This document shows, one piece after another, positions 24,775-28,952 of a stretch of DNA of 28,952 nt. The position numbers and the translations under genes were made by a program. The stretch comes from Tubiluchus corallicola (lineage: Eukaryota; Animalia; Priapulida): contig JAQGDQ010001248.1 in assembly GCA_030141605.1 (NCBI GenBank), positions 23,428 through 52,379 of the forward strand, given 5' to 3'. How positions within the stretch are numbered: the stretch's first letter is position 1; every line of letters starts with the position of its first letter. The notes beneath the pieces were generated by a model that saw only the letters and a program-made list of their open reading frames with translations, had not been told where the DNA came from and made no database searches.

Positions 24775-24813
24775 CTGTGAGTTAGTTTAAACATAATCTT
24801 AAACTAACTTCAG

Positions 24814-25015
24814 CTTAAACTGTGTAGGTCAAAACATCTACTCTTTAAAATATTGAAAGGAAACACACTATTTTTTTTTTCAAAAATTGACTTACGTGAA
24901 AGAATTATTACCACACAAACACAATTTCACGTTCGTGCCACTAGGTCTTCGCTATTACACGAATTTCGCCATTTGCTATTTAGATGGGCACTAACGCCTG
25001 CATTTCGGAATTCGC
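24814..25015. repeat. Dispersed repeat family C, long copy
   Basis: Diverged direct copy of 12597-12795. Confidence 0.85.
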
Positions 25016-25098
25016 AATTAACTTTTGTCTACTGTGTTACAACAGTCTTGTCCTACATTGTCGTACATGTATAGTAACTACGATAAAATCTGCCTTAC

Positions 25099-26434
25099 CA
25101 AAAAGATGTGCCGGAAAAGTATCAATTTCCTGGGAGTATGTGTCGACTTTAAGCGTGTTAGAAAGCCATTCGTTTGACGAAAGAGACAAATTTGTTTTAG
25201 GCGGGAAAGACTGGCAAACAGAGTCCTCCATTGGGAGATTTACTAAACTTCCTTCGAGCAATTGGTAAGAAGAGCATCCTTCGGGATCAGGCCGCAAGGA
25301 CTCGACCTTATCTTCAAGTAAATGAGCAGCTGGAACATTGTTAGAATCCTTGCACGGCTTGGACTTGTCCTTGACTTCATCACTTCTTGCAAATTTGTTC
25401 TTCACTCTGAAGGAGTACCTTTGGCGACGTCTGTATCGCTTTGGTTTAGAACTTGAAAACGATTTAGTTTTTCTCAGTGTGCGGGACGCTTCTTCACTTG
25501 AACTGTGGCCGTGATCTTTAGCTTCACTCTCATCAAAAGAACTAAAGCCAACGTCCTCAAAGGTGTCACCTGAACTGACTTGTCGACCAGCTTTTTGAGC
25601 ATTCTCGGGGCGCCATTTTGAAGAATTTAGATTGTCATCTTTGTGTGTTTGTGCAGCGTGCAGTCTTTGCACAACACAACGTTTGATTTTTGGTTTATAA
25701 ATATTGCCATAGCTCAAACACCCTAAACTGTCGCCAACTTCCACTTTCGCAGTTTTTTCGTCACAGCAATTTTCCTTCTCATCCAAGCCGGTAAGATCTC
25801 TCTCACCAGTTCTGCTGTCACCAATGCGTCTTATCACATCCATCAGTTGTTCTTTTACTGGAAGTCCACTAAGGCCACTTCTGATCACATCACCGGCAGC
25901 GAAAGACTGACCACGGCGACATCGCGGTTTGAGATTCGAAACCCATTGACTCAAATCGCTATCCGTAGATGATTGACTGTCACAGCTCAAACGATCGCTT
26001 TCTTCTGATTCGGATGCATGTCTTCTGCGCACACTTGGTGTTCCATTTGCATTTGGTTTGCTGGAGCAAACATGCCCATTTGATGTTCTATTTGAATTGG
26101 GATTGCTCGAGAAAATATGCACATTTGATGTTCCATTTTCATTGGGATTGCTGGAGAGAACATATCCATTTGATGTCTCTTTTGCAGTTGGTTTACTGCA
26201 GAAAGCGTGTCCAAACACGTCTTCTTCTTCTTTGCTGATTGTCGTTTCTTGAGCACGAAGTGTGCAGTTCGGCAGGGATCGTGACCTGCACAGTCCGGAT
26301 TGCGCGACCGGCAAAAGCGACACCTTTGCATCATCGCTCGCGCCATCAGTGTCGCTGTCCGACATGCACTGGGCAAATATCGCCTCGATCACCGCCTCCG
26401 CCACATCCCATATTTCCTCCATGTCGCCCTCCAT
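25099..26434 (-). CDS. Large first coding exon (445 codons + 1 nt) encoding an acidic/Ser-rich disordered N-terminus; probably exon 1 of the MIEAP-like gene
   Basis: 465-aa non-repetitive ORF 25037-26434 with higher GC than its flanks; donor TTTG|GTAAGG at 25098-25093 ends the exon in phase 1, compatible with the phase-1 acceptor at 17990. Linkage to the downstream exons is inferred from phase only. Confidence 0.75.
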
Positions 26435-27200
26435 GTCTTCACATCGCTACCACATTGCCTAAAACTGCATCTGCGCCACGCAAATTCGCGTGCAACCTAG
26501 TAAAGATGGCCGACTCGGAATGACGTCGAACAAGATTCGACTTGGCCCCGATTAGTGTGCCGAATTTTATGATTGCGCTTGGCAATAAAAAGATTTGAAT
26601 CACAAAAGTCCGAACTCGCATCATCTACACCTCTGCTGAATTCCTCGTTGTTTTATGATCTCCGTTTCGTCCTAACGTTGCCTCTGGCCTCAGAATAGGC
26701 AACGAATTGTGCATCTCACGTAGCAGAGGACCCCTCGAGAGTCAAGTGTGCCCTAATTTATCGTACCATTTCAGCACTTAAACACTCATCCAATAACGTT
26801 GTTCCTGTTTGGTCGTGTGAAATGGTAACACTGAAAGAAGGTTGGCAGTTTTTGCACGAGGTTGAGGAAACTAGATCGTTATCGGGTTACAATAGATCCT
26901 CACGCGATGATCAGAGAGGTATGAACCCGTAGGAAGACAGTCCTGCAAAACTATGGGTTTGTTTCTTCTGGGCCTGTTGATTTGTGAAAGTTCTGCGTAA
27001 GATCATTTGTAACCATGCAGTCAATTTCACTCGTTATTGGCGCTGTCAAAAGAGCACCAACTATAACTTCCGGCTTGGTGATCATTTATCTCCTTTATGA
27101 GTTTTCTTTTTTTCTCAAAATTGTCTCCTAGTGACAGTAAGAATGAAAAATAACCACATTTTCGTTAGCTTTTGCCATTTTTGCAACCTTGGCCGGTGGC

Positions 27201-27392
27201 TGCTGCCTATTACATTGTACGCTACCTGACACATTGAACTTTAAAAACAACTTCAGGTTTTGACAGGTGGTCAAGATTTGTTACACCTGCAATTAACCGA
27301 CGGCATCTGTTAAGTGCTTGTATTGGGTGGCGCGAAAAATATGTCAAAGTTATTATATTACAATCATGTGTTTTACAGAATTGAGAATTGAC

Positions 27393-27462
<70 letters not shown>

Positions 27463-28855
27463 GGCAGAGAGAACGATATTAAAAGAAGAAAAACATTCAG
27501 ATGACAACGTAGAAACAGCAAAAATTTTAGATTCTAGTTTCGTTAAAATTTTCTAAAGGTACAGTGAAACATTATTAGCTGGTGTGTCCTTAAAGTAGGT
27601 GTATTTAAAATGCGCTGTCTTTTTTCTTACAGGTGGCAGCACTGATGGTTTGAAAACAATTTCCAGTGATTCTGGCAGAGGAAATAGCGTCGAAGCCTCA
27701 ACAAAGAAAGATGGCGCTGTTATGGGATACACGGGTAAGTTTAAACCCTGTTATGCCCATGGCTTCTGGTTCGCATCTGGTTTTTACCTTTTTTCTTTTT
27801 TATTTAAATTCCTTTACTGCAAAATTGTCCCTAAACCTTCAGTTAACGGGTTTACTTAATATTTATTAATAAATGTTATCTGGTCTTGCTAGGCAAAAAT
27901 CCTTCGAGTGATGATGGTTCTTTTAACATGCTTTTAATGTGCAACAATTACCCTGCTTGCTTAGTTACCAGGGCAACGGTAGAACGTATTACACCCAACT
28001 ATTGTTTTACATGATAACAATGTCAAGTTAAGGTCAAAGTTTCTGCTTTAAAATAAGTATTAATTGTCCAAAGTTTCAGCTTTGCTCAGGGACATTATCA
28101 AGCATAATAATGTCATAATTTTACCATTTGAAAACTAGAATTTAAGCCGTGGCTACACAATTGGACGTACGGTAGTTCGATAGTAGCATTTTTATTCAGT
28201 TCTTCACTTCGACCCTGTTATTTTAATATCCTGCTGTTAATTTTTAGTAAAATAGGGATTAAATTTGTGTAGTTCTTGAGATTACTGATTGCAACTCTTG
28301 TGGATTTAAACATTGAATTAGAATTTAATAATTTGGTCTATCAATTTATCTACATTTTTATGTTGCTTCACAGGAAACTTGCTGCATTAATAACCTTGAT
28401 TTTAGCACGCACTTTAATCCTTTTTGTTTAACATCACTGTAAGAAATGTTATACGCACAAATTAGAAAAGCTAATTACAGAATCCGTAAATGTAATATTG
28501 TAGAATTCACTCTGTATAGTGTCTATGTAAAACTGTATAATGTTAGTACAGATATTTTTGCCTGCAAAAAGAGGCTAATAAAGACTTATCATCATCATTC
28601 CCTTCGGGTTTCTTTGATCGAGGGTCTAAAATGTGTAAATCATGAACAAAACTGAAAGAAGAATAGATTTTTTCAAACTGACGTTATTTTAAATGCGCTA
28701 GCCGTGCCGGAATAAATACTAGTTGTGAAGTAATAAAGTTATTATGATTTACAACAACCAGTGCCGGATTAAAGTACGGGCTTCATGGACTTCGGCCAAG
28801 GGGCATTAGCTAACTGAGGGGCCTCCAGATTAAACGAAATTATCTACTGTGATTT

Positions 28856-28890
<35 letters not shown>

Positions 28891-28923
28891 ATTGTTGTTG
28901 TTGTTGTTATAGTTATGGTTATT
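27201..28923. repeat. Right arm of ~1.7-kb inverted segmental duplication
   Basis: Reverse-complement copy of 16712-18449 with scattered substitutions and small indels (extra ~16 nt near 28156, ~21 nt missing near 27351). Confidence 0.97.
27633..27734 (+). pseudogene. Inverted duplicate of the 102-nt exon at 17889-17990, splice sites intact
   Basis: Identical to the reverse complement of 17889-17990, with ttcttacag| and |gtaagt retained; no plus-strand partner exons seen in the window. Confidence 0.85.
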
Positions 28924-28952
28924 TGTATTTGTGTTCGTGTTCGTGTTCCCGT

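Noticed and set aside
25969-26624. Overlapping ORFs on both strands within or next to exon 1
   Set aside because: Shadow frames of a GC-richer coding exon with internal repeats; no independent support.

Overview
AT-rich, microsatellite-laden animal (invertebrate-like) genomic DNA; no prokaryotic features, RNA genes or CRISPR arrays are supportable. Most of the window is the 5' part of one spliced minus-strand gene. Phase-compatible GT-AG exons at 26434-25099, 17990-17889, 12140-12028, 8589-8507 and 2947-2743 give a long disordered N-terminus, a coiled coil and the start of a MIEAP/SPATA18-like (mitochondria-eating protein) region; the gene continues left of the window. The introns hold several 5'-truncated LINE remnants, a 339-bp solo LTR with a perfect heat-shock element next to a TATA box, a 214-bp foldback palindrome, local tandem duplications and graded microsatellites. 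Most notable: (i) a ~1.7-kb inverted duplication (16712-18449 vs 27201-28923) copying an intact symmetric exon and an RFX X-box and bracketing the first exon/promoter, with a junction that jumps into a copy of the 21161 microsatellite; (ii) the HSE-bearing LTR in sense orientation inside the gene; (iii) an AKAP-like PKA-anchoring helix at the predicted N-terminus. Nearly all long ORFs in the supplied track are microsatellite artefacts.
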